Shown here in pieces: positions 1 through 11,247 of a stretch of DNA of 64,000 bases; within the stretch, counting starts at the first letter, position 1; the number at the start of each line of letters is the position of its first letter. The notes under the pieces were generated by a model. It had not been told where the DNA came from. It ran no database searches and saw only the letters and a program-made list of their open reading frames with translations. Location of the stretch: assembly GCA_963674865.2 (NCBI GenBank), contig CAXXYE010000009.1:800001-864000 (forward strand), written 5' to 3'. The position numbers and the translations under genes are program-made. This DNA is from Candidatus Hydrogenedentota bacterium (lineage in GTDB: Bacteria > Hydrogenedentota > Hydrogenedentia > Hydrogenedentales > SLHB01).

Positions 1-16
1 ATTTCGGTTCAGGCAT
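1..16 (-). CDS. xseB: Probable 5' fragment of exodeoxyribonuclease VII small subunit (runs off the window edge)
   Basis: ATG at 16 overlaps the end of xseA (ATGCCTGA), has GAGGA upstream and reads MPEPK. xseB normally follows xseA. Only 5 codons are visible. Confidence 0.5.
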
Positions 17-1361
17 CGCTGTCTTCCTCAATGTGTTTGACGGCGGCCGTGGCGCCGCCCTTGCCGAATCTGAGCACGATTTCGTCATCGGGCGCAAGTT
101 GATGCGCGCCGCGGACGAGTTCTCGCTGGGGGAGCTTCCAGGCCAAGGCATATCCGCGGTCGAGAATAGCCATGGGGCTGAGCGCATGAAGGCGGGCCGT
201 GGCGGGATGGAGCTTGGCCCGTACGCGCTCGACCACCGCCGTGCCGGCATGCACCAAACGGCGGCGGGAAGCTACCCATGCCTCCCAGGCGCGGGCCACC
301 TTGTTCCTTGGCGAGAGCAGCGTCAAGCCGCGGGACAATTGATCGAGCCGGGCGCGCGTGCCGCGTACCTCCTCCGTTACCTGGCCTTGCAGCCTCATCC
401 GGAGTTCATCGGCCTGCTGACGGCGCTGCCGCACCAGTTCCTGCGGACGCTGGAAAACGAAGCTCGACCGCGCTAGAGACAGGCGACTCCGAACCTGCTC
501 GACGCGGCGTGCCGTCGCCCGCAACAGGTGCTGCTTGATCTGGGCCAGCGAGTTGAGGAGCACTTCGCGCTCCTTGACCACCAGTTCCGCGGCGGCAGAG
601 GGCGTCGGGGCGCGCATATCGGCGGCGAAATCCGTAAGGGCGAAATCGATCTCGTGCCCCACGGCGGAAATGATGGGCGTATTCACTCCGTACACCGCGC
701 GGACGACGATCTCTTCGTTGAACGGCCACAAGTCTTCGAGCGAGCCGCCGCCCCGGCCAATGATGATCACGTCCACGCCCCACGCATCGAGCGCGCGAAT
801 ACCTTCCACGATTTCCTCGGCGGCCTCATCGCCCTGGACACGGGCCGGGCAGAGAATGACGTGGACATTGGCGAACCGGCGGCCGATCACGTTCAGGATA
901 TCGCGGATAGCGGCGCCGGTGGGCGAGGTGACGATGCCGATCCTGCGCGGCAGGAGCGGGAGGGGCTTCTTGTGTGCCTCGTCGAAGAGGCCCTCGTCCT
1001 GAAGCTTTTTTTTCAGTTTTTCGAAGGCCAGTTGAAGGGCGCCCATGCCTTTGGGCTGCATGTCTTCGCAGATGATCTGGTAGTTGCCGCGTTTTTCGTA
1101 CACGGTGACGAGGCCGTGGACAAGCACCTCAAGGCCGCTTTCCGGCCCGAAGCGCAGTTGCATGAGCTTGCCGCGAAACATCACGGCGTCAAGCTGGCTG
1201 TGCTTATCCTTCAGCGTGAAATAGGCATGGCCCGCCGGGGAGACGCGGAAGTTGGAGATCTCACCCTCGACCCAGATGTAGCTGATCTCGGTTTCGAGGA
1301 GTGACTTGACGCGTCGCGTCAATTGGCTGACTGACAGGATCTCCGCTTGATCGATGGGCAT
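9..1361 (-). CDS. xseA: Exodeoxyribonuclease VII large subunit
   Basis: N-terminal OB fold (VEGEISNF..GHAYFTLKD) plus motifs IGIVTSPTGAA, RGGGSLEDLW, SAVGHEID, RAPTPSAAAE and LSP..ILDRGYA. Confidence 0.97.
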   Translation of the reverse strand: MPIDQAEILSVSQLTRRVKSLLETEISYIWVEGEISNFRVSPAGHAYFTLKDKHSQLDAVMFRGKLMQLRFGPESGLEVLVHGLVTVYEKRGNYQIICEDMQPKGMGALQLAFEKLKKKLQDEGLFDEAHKKPLPLLPRRIGIVTSPTGAAIRDILNVIGRRFANVHVILCPARVQGDEAAEEIVEGIRALDAWGVDVIIIGRGGGSLEDLWPFNEEIVVRAVYGVNTPIISAVGHEIDFALTDFAADMRAPTPSAAAELVVKEREVLLNSLAQIKQHLLRATARRVEQVRSRLSLARSSFVFQRPQELVRQRRQQADELRMRLQGQVTEEVRGTRARLDQLSRGLTLLSPRNKVARAWEAWVASRRRLVHAGTAVVERVRAKLHPATARLHALSPMAILDRGYALAWKLPQRELVRGAHQLAPDDEIVLRFGKGGATAAVKHIEEDSDA

Positions 1362-1446
1362 GGTATTGGCTCGTTTTCTCCCGCTTGCGCGAGGGATATT
1401 GTAGCGTATTCGCGGGCCTTGCGCACGCTGGACAGGCGTCAGGGAA

Positions 1447-1483
1447 CTAACCTGGATGTCTCACGCGTAGTTATCTGCGGCCC
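1447..1483. repeat. Short dispersed intergenic repeat, copy 1
   Basis: ctaacctggatgtctcacgcgtagttatctgcggccc; the 27-nt core matches 9511-9537 at 24/27 positions. Confidence 0.6.
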
Positions 1484-1484
1484 G

Positions 1485-2801
1485 CTAAAGGGGGGCGACG
1501 CGCATGCCGTCATCGAGTTCGTTCTTAGGCTCGGCGACGAGCGTGTCCCCGGCCTGCACTCCTTCAAGGATTTCGGCCCAGTCGTCATTGCGCAGGCCCA
1601 CTTTCACGGGAGTCAGCTTGGCGTGGCCGTCATGCACGAGGAAGACGGCCCACTGCCCCTCATGGCGGAAGGTGGCGCGCTCGGGCACGGCCAAGGTGTC
1701 GGTGTTTTCTGCAGTGATGACGCGAATGTCGACGCTCGTGCCGGGACGCAGTTGGAGTCGGCTGTTGTCGAAGTCCACGAGGATTTTGACGCGCTGTTGC
1801 TCGATGCCCAGGGCGGAGATCTTCTCGAAGCCGGAGGGATAGATGCGCTTGACGGTTCCCATAATCATCTCGCCGCCGAGGGCCTTGCCGGTGATCTCGA
1901 CGGGATCGTCGACGTTGATGGTTACGACCTCCTCGGACAGAATATCGCTCTCGATCTCGATGGTGGCGAGGTCGCCCAGTTCGAGGAGTGGCGAGCCACT
2001 GAGCAACACGCGGCGATCCTCGACACTCTTCGCCAGAACCAGGCCCGTTACGGGGGCGGTGATGGCGGTCTTGGCCAGGTCGTTCTGGACGATCTTCTTG
2101 CGCGCTTCGAGGCTTTCGATCTCGGCCAAGTACACGTCACGCAAGTACTCGTTATCGTCCACGGAGCCGGAGATCCGCTGCAGGGCCAGCCCGGCGCGTT
2201 CAAGAGTCTTCTTCGCGGCCTGTTCGGCTAGTCCGGCGCGCTTGAGGTTCTCGTTGGCCGCCTTATAGCGGCGCTCGGCTGTGTCGAACTGGGCTTGGCT
2301 GACGACACCGTCTTTGCGGAGTTGAACGAGGCGATCATAATCGCGTTTGGTGTCGGCCTGCTCGATGGCAGCGATACTCCGCTCTTTCTGCGCGATGGCC
2401 AGGCCATCCTTCATTTCCTGCACTTTTACGTCGGCGTCATCGATGTCCTCAGGTTTAGGTTTGCTCGTATCGACGCCCTGGATGCGCGCCCGCGCCTGGG
2501 CAATAGCCGCGTCCATCTCCCGGATCTGCTGTTCAAGATCAAAGGGGTCAACACGGGCAACGACTTGGCCTTGCTCGACGCGATCTCCGATATCGAGCTG
2601 GATCCGCTCGACCGTCCCGCTTACCGGCATGTCAATGAGGTACGTATCCGCCAGCCGAGTTTCGGCATCTTCGGAGACGTATTGCTTCACCGTGCGGGTT
2701 GAGACTTCCGTCATGTTGACGAGCAGAGGCTGAGGCCGGAGGGCCACGGCGGCGATCACTACTATGGCCAGCGCGCCGGCGATGATGATTACGCGTTTCA
2801 C
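1485..2801 (-). CDS. Efflux periplasmic adaptor (HlyD/MacA membrane-fusion family)
   Basis: N-terminal membrane anchor, lipoyl-like halves (MPVSGTVERI..GDRVEQGQ and ITAPVTGLV), long coiled coil and C-terminal GLRND..EILEG. Confidence 0.92.
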   Translation of the reverse strand: MKRVIIIAGALAIVVIAAVALRPQPLLVNMTEVSTRTVKQYVSEDAETRLADTYLIDMPVSGTVERIQLDIGDRVEQGQVVARVDPFDLEQQIREMDAAIAQARARIQGVDTSKPKPEDIDDADVKVQEMKDGLAIAQKERSIAAIEQADTKRDYDRLVQLRKDGVVSQAQFDTAERRYKAANENLKRAGLAEQAAKKTLERAGLALQRISGSVDDNEYLRDVYLAEIESLEARKKIVQNDLAKTAITAPVTGLVLAKSVEDRRVLLSGSPLLELGDLATIEIESDILSEEVVTINVDDPVEITGKALGGEMIMGTVKRIYPSGFEKISALGIEQQRVKILVDFDNSRLQLRPGTSVDIRVITAENTDTLAVPERATFRHEGQWAVFLVHDGHAKLTPVKVGLRNDDWAEILEGVQAGDTLVAEPKNELDDGMRVAPL

Positions 2802-2814
2802 GATGTATTGTCTC

Positions 2815-5187
2815 CTATTCGCGTGCTTTCAGTACCTCGACCATGTCGAGCCGGTTGATCTTGCGCCGCGCCGCTAGGTTGGCCAGGATGACGAAAGCGA
2901 TTGTCAGAACGCCGGTGAGGAGCAGGGTCCTGCGTTCGATGTGAAACGGCATGCGATACAACTCCGTGTCGTAGGCTTTGACGAGGAGCTTACACATGGC
3001 GAGGCCGAAGGGGAAGCCAAGAAGAAGTCCGAGGCCGGACAAGAGGAAATTCTCGTTGTAAAGGATGCTCGCGACCTCGGGCGCGGTGAAGCCCATGACG
3101 CGCAGCGAGGCCAACTCACGTTGGCGTTCGGCGAGGCTTACGATGGTTGCGTTGTAGATGATAGCAAAGGCAATGACGCCGGCGAATACGGCAAGAATCG
3201 AGTTGGATATGTTCATGGATTCGGCCATCGTAGCCAGAATGTTGGCGTAGGTGTCTTCCTTTATCTCGACGGCGGCGACACCGGGTATGTCCTTGAGATC
3301 GCGGCTGAGTTTGCGGGCGGCTCCGGGGTCCGTGCGGACGAGTGCGGCATTCATGGCGAAGGGTTCGTCCAGAATACGGCTGAGTGCCTCGAGATCCATG
3401 TAGGCGCCTATTCCGAAGTATTGTCGGGCAACTTGACGGACGGGTACGCGCACCTCCTTCGTGACACGGCCCATCAGGGGCTTGAGCGTGACGACACTAC
3501 CGGCCTTAACACCCAGATCCTCAGCGACCTTTTCGGAGAGAACGAGGCCCCTCTCGCCCAGCACGATGGGGCGTTCCTGATCATCAAGAAGCGTCATCAG
3601 TTGGCTGCCGGGCGTCAATCCGATGATGCCGACGTCCTTGGTTCGCCATTCGGAACTCACCTTGAAGGGATACTGGAGGAGCGGCTCCGCCCGGCGCACG
3701 GCGTCGAAGCGCGCAATATCGCGGAGGGCGCCCCGATCCCGCTCGGACTCGAGGGCGATCTTCACGTCCTCCTTCTGGATCTCCCTGTATTGAAAGCTGA
3801 GCATGTAGCCGACGGCGTCCATCGAGAAGAAGCCGATGAGCATGATCCCCGAGGACACCATGACGCCAAAGGCGGTGATCCCGGCACGCACACGGTATCG
3901 GGAGATGTTCCGGATGATCATTTTCCAGGTGAACGAGAGGCGTCGCCAGATGAAAGTGGCGCGTTCGAGCGCCGTCCGGTGGGCGTACTTGGGCGTCTGC
4001 GGCCGCATCGCCATGGCGGGGTGGATCTTGGCGGCCTTTCGCGCCGCTCCGACGGCGCCGACGATGGCAAAGGCGATGGCGATCCCCATGGAGCGGGCAA
4101 GAATATCGGGATAGATGCGGCTCCTCAGGATAGGGAACTTATAGAACTGAACATACATTCGGATCATGGCATTTGCCAGCCACTGGCCGACGACGCATCC
4201 GCCCAAACATCCGATGAGCGTGATGATCAACGCGTACTTGACGTAGTGGCTCGTAATCGCCGTGTTGGAATAGCCGCTGGCCTTGAGGAGGCCTATCTGA
4301 GTGCGCTCCTGGCGAACCATGCGGTTGAGCATCACCATCAGGATCAGGGCGGCTATGCCTAGGAAGATGGCCGGGGTGATCCGGGCGGAGACCTCGAGGC
4401 CCTTGATCTCGTCGGAGAGGAAGCGGTGGGAGATCTGATCTTCGCGCTTAACGGTGGCGAAGACGCCATAGGGGTCGAGGCGGCGATCGGCCCGATCGAG
4501 CATCTCGTCGAGGTCGTCCGGGGCATTTACCAGGCCCACGATGTTATTGCAGGCGCCCGTCATGTCGAAAGCCATTTCCGCGAAGGACTGGGACACCCAG
4601 AGGATGCCGAAGCGCTCGGGATTGGGCACGACCTCCTGAGCATTGCGGATCATGTAGACGTACTCGGGGGATAGCGCCGTGCCGATGATGCGTAGGCTGT
4701 GTTTCTTGTTGTCGATGAGCGCCTTGAAGCGATCGCCGATGGTTAGGTGGTTGGCGTCGGCAAAGGTGGTGCTGATGATGACCTCGTTGGCGCCTTCCCC
4801 GTCGAAATACCTCCCGGAGGCAAGGTGGATGTCGTTAAGCACGCCCTCGTGCCGGTCGGGAAGGGAAATGATGCGCCCGATACGCGGCTCTTCCTGGCCG
4901 ACGAGGTCCAGCGTCACTTCCTCGACTATACGCCCCTGGACGCGCCGGACGCCGGGCAGGTTCTCGAGTTTGAGCGCCGCGGTCAGGGGCGCCCGCTCGA
5001 GCATGACCTCGAAGTCGGCAAACTCGTATTCCGTGTAGTAGGTGTCGCGAGTGAGGAGCAGGTTCCGGTGGGCCGCCGCCAGGGCGATGTAGCTGGCCGT
5101 GCCGCAGAGGACCACCATGGCCACGGCGATGGTTTGGCCGCGCGCGCCGATGATGCCGCGGAAGAGCTTCTTGTCGAGTACTTTCAT
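2815..5187 (-). CDS. ABC transporter permease (FtsX/MacB family, duplicated)
   Basis: Two MacB-periplasmic plus FtsX repeats (RQERTQIGLLKASGY and ERQRELASLRVMGF). Confidence 0.92.
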   Translation of the reverse strand: MKVLDKKLFRGIIGARGQTIAVAMVVLCGTASYIALAAAHRNLLLTRDTYYTEYEFADFEVMLERAPLTAALKLENLPGVRRVQGRIVEEVTLDLVGQEEPRIGRIISLPDRHEGVLNDIHLASGRYFDGEGANEVIISTTFADANHLTIGDRFKALIDNKKHSLRIIGTALSPEYVYMIRNAQEVVPNPERFGILWVSQSFAEMAFDMTGACNNIVGLVNAPDDLDEMLDRADRRLDPYGVFATVKREDQISHRFLSDEIKGLEVSARITPAIFLGIAALILMVMLNRMVRQERTQIGLLKASGYSNTAITSHYVKYALIITLIGCLGGCVVGQWLANAMIRMYVQFYKFPILRSRIYPDILARSMGIAIAFAIVGAVGAARKAAKIHPAMAMRPQTPKYAHRTALERATFIWRRLSFTWKMIIRNISRYRVRAGITAFGVMVSSGIMLIGFFSMDAVGYMLSFQYREIQKEDVKIALESERDRGALRDIARFDAVRRAEPLLQYPFKVSSEWRTKDVGIIGLTPGSQLMTLLDDQERPIVLGERGLVLSEKVAEDLGVKAGSVVTLKPLMGRVTKEVRVPVRQVARQYFGIGAYMDLEALSRILDEPFAMNAALVRTDPGAARKLSRDLKDIPGVAAVEIKEDTYANILATMAESMNISNSILAVFAGVIAFAIIYNATIVSLAERQRELASLRVMGFTAPEVASILYNENFLLSGLGLLLGFPFGLAMCKLLVKAYDTELYRMPFHIERRTLLLTGVLTIAFVILANLAARRKINRLDMVEVLKARE

Positions 5188-5236
5188 GGTGCTTCTTGTT
5201 GGAGTCCGCCCCGCTTTATTCCGGAAGGTCTCCTCG

Positions 5237-5977
<741 letters not shown>

Positions 5978-5981
5978 GGCT

Positions 5982-6575
5982 CTATACCTCCAGCATCTCA
6001 AGGAGCGCGTTGGCAATCGCATTCCAGTTTACCGTATCACGTTCGCCATCGGGAATGCCGTGCGCGGCCAACAGCGTGCCGTCAATCATCGCTTGGATGT
6101 GCCAGGCGAGGGGCTCAACCGAAATGTGCCGGAATGCGCCCATCGCCATCCCGCGGTTAAGCAGGGCGCGTACGGTGGCGCCGATGGCCTCGCGCACCTC
6201 TTTGGCCGCGGCGGCCAGTGCCGGATCGCGCCCGGCCATGGCAAGGCAATCAACGTAGACCCGGAGGAGATCCCGTCGGGCTGTGGCCAAGCGTCCTATG
6301 CTGACGAGTACGGCGCGCAGTCCGTCTGCCGGCCTCCTCTCGACCTGATCCTCCCTCGATATGGCCGCCAGGACCTGGTCGTGCCATTGGGCGACGAGGG
6401 CCGTGAACAGTGTCTGTTTGCTCTTGAAATGCCAATACAGAGCCCCCTTGCTCAGACAGCTTTCCTGGACGACGACGTCCATGGTCGTCTGATGGTAGCC
6501 TGAGCGCGCGAAGCAGCGGGCAGCGGCTTCGAGGATTTCGGCTTTTCTGAGTTCTTTGGGCTGATGATGGGACAT
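5982..6575 (-). CDS. TetR/AcrR family transcriptional regulator
   Basis: N-terminal [38 protein letters not shown]; first gene of the exporter operon. Confidence 0.93.
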   Translation of the reverse strand: MSHHQPKELRKAEILEAAARCFARSGYHQTTMDVVVQESCLSKGALYWHFKSKQTLFTALVAQWHDQVLAAISREDQVERRPADGLRAVLVSIGRLATARRDLLRVYVDCLAMAGRDPALAAAAKEVREAIGATVRALLNRGMAMGAFRHISVEPLAWHIQAMIDGTLLAAHGIPDGERDTVNWNAIANALLEMLEV

Positions 6576-6582
6576 TTCTATC

Positions 6583-6602
6583 TAAACCGACCAGTCAGTC
6601 TA
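6583..6602. promoter_or_regulatory. Probable TetR operator
   Basis: Imperfect palindrome TAAACCGACCAGTCAGTCTA (7 of 10 pairs) at the predicted transcription start, just upstream of tetR. Confidence 0.65.
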
Positions 6603-6606
6603 TTAA

Positions 6607-6635
6607 ATTTTAGCATTTAACATATATTATGTCAA
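6607..6635 (-). promoter_or_regulatory. sigma70 promoter of the tetR-exporter operon
   Basis: TTGACA (6635-6630), 17-nt spacer, TAAAAT (6612-6607) with an extended TG; AT-rich island. Confidence 0.8.
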
Positions 6636-6839
6636 TATATGTTGCGCCCATATCAACGCTTGTCTTTTTCCCTTCTCTGTCCATACAAGGGTGGCGCGAC
6701 GCTATTCGTCCCTCCTTTCCTGGCGGGATGGCTCAACCGGGGGCAACGGTGGGCCGCATGGCGGCTTGACGGCAGACGTGCAAGAGCGCCCGAGGCTCGG
6801 CTGGTTCTATCCCGACGGGACTTGTCGGCCGCTCTGGTT

Positions 6840-6868
6840 TTGACAAAGCGGGCGGGAGCCGCCACAAT
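6840..6868 (+). promoter_or_regulatory. sigma70-type promoter
   Basis: TTGACA-N17-CACAAT upstream of ATG 6916. Confidence 0.55.
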
Positions 6869-6915
6869 GTGCGCTGCTGTAACTGGAGTCGAGGCTGAAC
6901 GGGGAAGGCGGCAGA

Positions 6916-9489
6916 ATGAGCGACGACCCGAGCATCGAGCATGCCCCCGCGACCAACATCCGCAGACTGACATTCGCACTGTTTTTCTGCTCGGGGCTGA
7001 GTTCCTTAGTTTTCGAGATCGTGTGGATGCGGCTCCTTACCGTTATCCTCGGGAATACCGTCTTGGCCACCAGCACTGTGCTTACGGTGTTCATGGGGGG
7101 GCTGGCGCTGGGAAGCCTAGTGGCGGGCCGGTTGATTGATCGCCGCACGGATCCGTTGCGGGTCTACGGCCTGCTCGAAATCCTGATCGGCGTGCTGGGC
7201 CTCTGTCTCACTTCGCTTCTTACTCAAACCGGGCCCGTCTACGTCTGGATGCATCGAGTCCTCGCGCCGTATCCGGGCTGGCTAATTCCCGTGCGCTATG
7301 TCTATTGCTTTGTCCTATTGGCCGTGCCGACGACGATGATGGGAGCCACCACGCCCGTCCTGAGCAAGTTCATTGTCGAGCGGGAATCCTACCTGGGTCT
7401 CAACATCGGCCGGTTGTACGCGGTCAATACGCTTGGCGCTGCGGCGGGTTGTTTCGTCGCCGGATTCGTCCTGATAGGCAATCTCGGCGTCAACCTCACG
7501 GTGGGCGTAGCGGCAGTGGTGAGCACCTCTGTCGGTTTTGTGGCGTGGCATCTTCACAAGGCGGCTGCTCGCCCCGCCGTCTCGCGTTCCAAGACGCCCG
7601 AGCCAACCGATCTATCCGTCCCTCAGCCGGAGGAAGGGCCGAGAGTCGGATCGCGCTTGCGCCCCGTGATCCTGGTTGCCTTTGCCCTAGCGGGATTCGC
7701 CGGGCTGGGTTATGAAGTCGTTTGGACGCGTATTCTCATCTTCTTCCTGGGAAATACGGTCTATGCCTTCTCGACGATGCTGACGACCTTTCTCATCGGC
7801 ATGGCTATCGGAAGCCTGGTTGTGGCGTTCTTCGTTGACCGCACGCGGCGGCTGTTGACCTTGTTCGGGCTTATCGAAGCGGCCATCGGCTTCTACGTAC
7901 TCTTGACAATCTACGGATTCTCCTGGGGGGCGGAGGCCATCGCGCCGTACGGGGATCACTATCCGATGTGGGAGGGGTCGTTGACGCGGTTCGGCAAAGC
8001 ATTCGTCCTTATCCTCTTGCCGACGTTTCTCGCGGGCACCACATTCTCGATTGCGGGACGGGTTTACACGACGAATTTCAAGCGCCTAGGCCGGAGCGTA
8101 GGCGAGTTGTATGCCTGGAACACCATTGGGGCAATTCTCGGTTCGGCGGCCACGGGCTTCGTTCTCATGCCGCTGGTGGGGCTTCAGAAAGCCATGCTGG
8201 TGCTATGCTGCATCAATCTTGCGATGGGGGCCGTTCTGTGCGCGATGGAGCCGGCGATGAGGCGGCCCTTGCGCATGGCGCTCGCGGCCCTAGTGGCCGC
8301 GGCGGCGGTGATCGGCGTTGTGGCGGCGCCGCCGGACGTGTTCCGCCATATGCAGGAAGTGGTCTCGCCGAACGCGGAGGTGTTGTTCTACAAGGAGGAT
8401 CCCTTCGGGACGGTGAGCGTGAAGAGGAAGGGCATCCATCGCTCCATCTACATCGATAATATCGATGTGGCGGGATCGGCGCCGCTTTACCTGGACAGCC
8501 ACAAGTCGCTGGGGCATCTCCCCATGCTTCTCCATCCCAATCCGAGGAACGTCTTTGTACTTGGATTTGGCGCCGGCGGATCGAGCTATTCAGTGAGTAC
8601 GTATCCTGAGGTCGAGCGGATTGACGCGGCGGAGATTTGCGGCGGCGTGGCCGAGGCGGCGCGTTTGCTCACGCAGGTGAACCACGACGTTTTCTCGAAT
8701 CCGAAGTTTCATCTTCATATCAACGACGGCCGTCATTATCTGCTCACCGCGGATCGCAAGTACGATGTGATCTCGGTGGATCTCTTGCTGGCCTCATGCG
8801 CCGGCGCGGGCAGTCTCTACACGCGCGAGTTCTATACATTGTGCTTCAAACGACTTCAGGATGACGGCTTGATGGTGCAGTGGCTTTCACCCAGCCACAT
8901 TGCTCCAACTTATGTTGAGATGATCCTCCGGACGGCGCGGTCCGTGTTCCCGCATCTGAGCCTGTGGTTCACGCGGCACCACAATCATGTGATCATGGTG
9001 GCGTCGAAGAGGCCTCTAGAGATCGATTATGCCGCCACGGCGGCGCGGATGGGGCGTCCGGACACTGAGCGGGATCTTGCTGAAGTGCGCCTGAACGACC
9101 CCGCCGTGTTCTTGAGCTACTTCGTCGCCGCGGGCGACACACTGGATCGTGCGCTCGGGGATATCGGCCTCATGAACACGGACGACCTGCCGCTTGTTGA
9201 GTACAAGCTGCCGTTCTACCCGCCCAAGCAGTTGACGGCGAATCTCGAGTCGCTCGCCCAGCTCAAGAGTTCCATCCAGCCGTTCTTGGTTGACATCACG
9301 CCGGCGGAACGGGAGCGCGTGCACGGTTACGAGCAGGCTTCGCGACTTGTGCTCGAGGCTATCGTGCGGGATAAGCTCGGCGATACGGCGGGCGCTATCG
9401 AGGAGTGTCGGACGGCGGCACAGATGAAGCCGGACTACTACGAGGCGCAAGCCTGGCTGCGCTACTTCCAGGATGATCAACGCCGCTGA
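6916..9489 (+). CDS. Fused MFS-like membrane / spermidine-synthase-like protein with C-terminal TPR
   Basis: FFCSGLSSLVFEIVW..., repeated LYA.NT.GA motifs, SAM/dcSAM-binding fold (VLGFGAGGS, AAEIC, DGRHYL, YDVISVD) and a TPR-like tail. Confidence 0.88.
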   Translation: MSDDPSIEHAPATNIRRLTFALFFCSGLSSLVFEIVWMRLLTVILGNTVLATSTVLTVFMGGLALGSLVAGRLIDRRTDPLRVYGLLEILIGVLGLCLTSLLTQTGPVYVWMHRVLAPYPGWLIPVRYVYCFVLLAVPTTMMGATTPVLSKFIVERESYLGLNIGRLYAVNTLGAAAGCFVAGFVLIGNLGVNLTVGVAAVVSTSVGFVAWHLHKAAARPAVSRSKTPEPTDLSVPQPEEGPRVGSRLRPVILVAFALAGFAGLGYEVVWTRILIFFLGNTVYAFSTMLTTFLIGMAIGSLVVAFFVDRTRRLLTLFGLIEAAIGFYVLLTIYGFSWGAEAIAPYGDHYPMWEGSLTRFGKAFVLILLPTFLAGTTFSIAGRVYTTNFKRLGRSVGELYAWNTIGAILGSAATGFVLMPLVGLQKAMLVLCCINLAMGAVLCAMEPAMRRPLRMALAALVAAAAVIGVVAAPPDVFRHMQEVVSPNAEVLFYKEDPFGTVSVKRKGIHRSIYIDNIDVAGSAPLYLDSHKSLGHLPMLLHPNPRNVFVLGFGAGGSSYSVSTYPEVERIDAAEICGGVAEAARLLTQVNHDVFSNPKFHLHINDGRHYLLTADRKYDVISVDLLLASCAGAGSLYTREFYTLCFKRLQDDGLMVQWLSPSHIAPTYVEMILRTARSVFPHLSLWFTRHHNHVIMVASKRPLEIDYAATAARMGRPDTERDLAEVRLNDPAVFLSYFVAAGDTLDRALGDIGLMNTDDLPLVEYKLPFYPPKQLTANLESLAQLKSSIQPFLVDITPAERERVHGYEQASRLVLEAIVRDKLGDTAGAIEECRTAAQMKPDYYEAQAWLRYFQDDQRR

Positions 9490-9499
9490 CGCGTTGCTG

Positions 9500-9537
9500 C
9501 TAGTCCGGGGTATCTCACACGTAGTTGTCTGCGGCCC
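9500..9537. repeat. Short dispersed intergenic repeat, copy 2
   Basis: ctagtccggggtatctcacacgtagttgtctgcggccc, between convergent genes. Confidence 0.6.
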
Positions 9538-9567
9538 ACGTCATTCGGCGGCCTTTCAGCCGCACTC

Positions 9568-11067
9568 TTAGATCCGCATCTTCTTCTCGGCCATCCTCAT
9601 CTGGACACGGTTCACCCACCGGATAAGGGCGCCCTCTGGGAAGGGGTAGTAGAGCAGGTGGCGAAAGCGGAAGCGGGCGATGGGGCGGTAGAGTTCCCCT
9701 AAGAGGGTGACGAGGCGTCCGAAGAGCGAGCCGGAAAGGTGGTACTCCACTTTGCGGTCAACGAATAGCGAGCTGTACATCATGAACACGAACATCCGCT
9801 TTCGGCGGCCTTTCATCCAAGGCAAGCGCTCGGCCACGGCGAAGGGGTCGAAGTCGAACCACTCCTCGACGCTTGTCGGCACGGCAAGGCCGTGTTCCCG
9901 GCACTGTTCCAGATAGCGTGTGCCGGGGAAGGGAACGGTGATGTAGATAGACTGCACCATCGCGCAGGGATTGTCCTCCAGCAATTGATCCACGAGGCGG
10001 ACAGTCTGCTTGAGGTCTTCCTTTTCCTCGATGGGGCAGCCGGTGATGAAGTTATACCGGATATTGATCTTGAACTGGCTCATCCGGCGGTTGAACTCGA
10101 TCAGGTGGGATTCGTTGAGAGGCTTATTGTAGAACTTTCTCACCCGATCCGAACCGCTTTCCACGCCGATGGAAATCCAGTTCAGTCCCGACTCCTCGAG
10201 GCGCTTGAAGGTTGCGTCGTCGAGTTTCCGGAGGATATGGAGATTCCCCTCGCAACTCCACTTCACCTTTATCCCACTGCCCTCAAGGAGCGAGAGAAAC
10301 TTCGCGACTCTTTCGTCGGATATGTAGAAGCTGTCGTCGCAGATGAAGAAGTTCTTCACTCCCCACCGCTCGTGGAGTCGCACCATATTGTCGACGATTC
10401 GCTCGGCCTTCCGGGGGCGCCACTTGCGTTGGTTGTAGGTGGGATTGTAGCAGAACGTGCAGTTGTAGATGCAGCCTCGGGCGCCCTCTATGTAGAACTC
10501 GATGTCGGTGATGTCCTTGAGATACTCCTCCATATCGATCAGGTGATAAGGAAGGTCCTCAAGTTCCGACACGTCCATGAGTTCCTGGCGGGGATTGACG
10601 CGTACACCCTCCGGCGTTTTGTAGGCCAGCCCGTCGATGCCTGCCGGCTCACGGGCTTCGGCGACGGCGTCGACGAGCGCCGGGAAGGCGTCTTCCCCCT
10701 CCCCGATGACGACGTAATCCGCGTAGTCCTCGGCGAGCATCTGCTCCGGACACGATGTCGGGTGTACGCCGCCCCAGGCAATGGGGACCTCCGGCTTGTG
10801 TCTCTTGACGTACTTGGCGAGCATGCTTCCGAAGTACAACTGGAAGCCCGTGAGGCTCGTGATGCCGACCAGCAGGATTTCCTGGCTGCACGCCTCGGCG
10901 AGCTTCTCGCGCCAGCCGGGCAGCGTTTGATCGACAAAGGTGATCCGGTACTTGGTGGTGTCGATGCGGCGGCATATGGCAAGCAAGGACAGAGGGATCA
11001 CGCGGTATAAGCTGTCGAAAATGCCCGACAGGGGTCGGATGAGCACAATGTGTTTCCGGCTATCCAT
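9568..11067 (-). CDS. B12-binding-domain radical SAM protein
   Basis: Cobalamin-binding N-terminus (PLSLLAI, WGGVHPT, VIGEGE), then RGCIYNCTFC (CxxxCxxC) and GVESGS. Start trimmed to MDSRKH. Confidence 0.92.
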   Translation of the reverse strand: MDSRKHIVLIRPLSGIFDSLYRVIPLSLLAICRRIDTTKYRITFVDQTLPGWREKLAEACSQEILLVGITSLTGFQLYFGSMLAKYVKRHKPEVPIAWGGVHPTSCPEQMLAEDYADYVVIGEGEDAFPALVDAVAEAREPAGIDGLAYKTPEGVRVNPRQELMDVSELEDLPYHLIDMEEYLKDITDIEFYIEGARGCIYNCTFCYNPTYNQRKWRPRKAERIVDNMVRLHERWGVKNFFICDDSFYISDERVAKFLSLLEGSGIKVKWSCEGNLHILRKLDDATFKRLEESGLNWISIGVESGSDRVRKFYNKPLNESHLIEFNRRMSQFKINIRYNFITGCPIEEKEDLKQTVRLVDQLLEDNPCAMVQSIYITVPFPGTRYLEQCREHGLAVPTSVEEWFDFDPFAVAERLPWMKGRRKRMFVFMMYSSLFVDRKVEYHLSGSLFGRLVTLLGELYRPIARFRFRHLLYYPFPEGALIRWVNRVQMRMAEKKMRI

Positions 11068-11247
11068 GAACGGTGAATCGATCCTCTTGAGAGGCGAACA
11101 CGATGCGGAGTATCCGCAGCCCTTCGATAAGTCCAATGGCGGGCGCAGTATAGCACGGGGCCTGGGGGGCCTCAACCGGCATCCGGATGGATTGGATGGG
11201 CAACGGGTGTTGTGTGCTTCCAGCGTTCTTACTATAATCGCGGCGCA

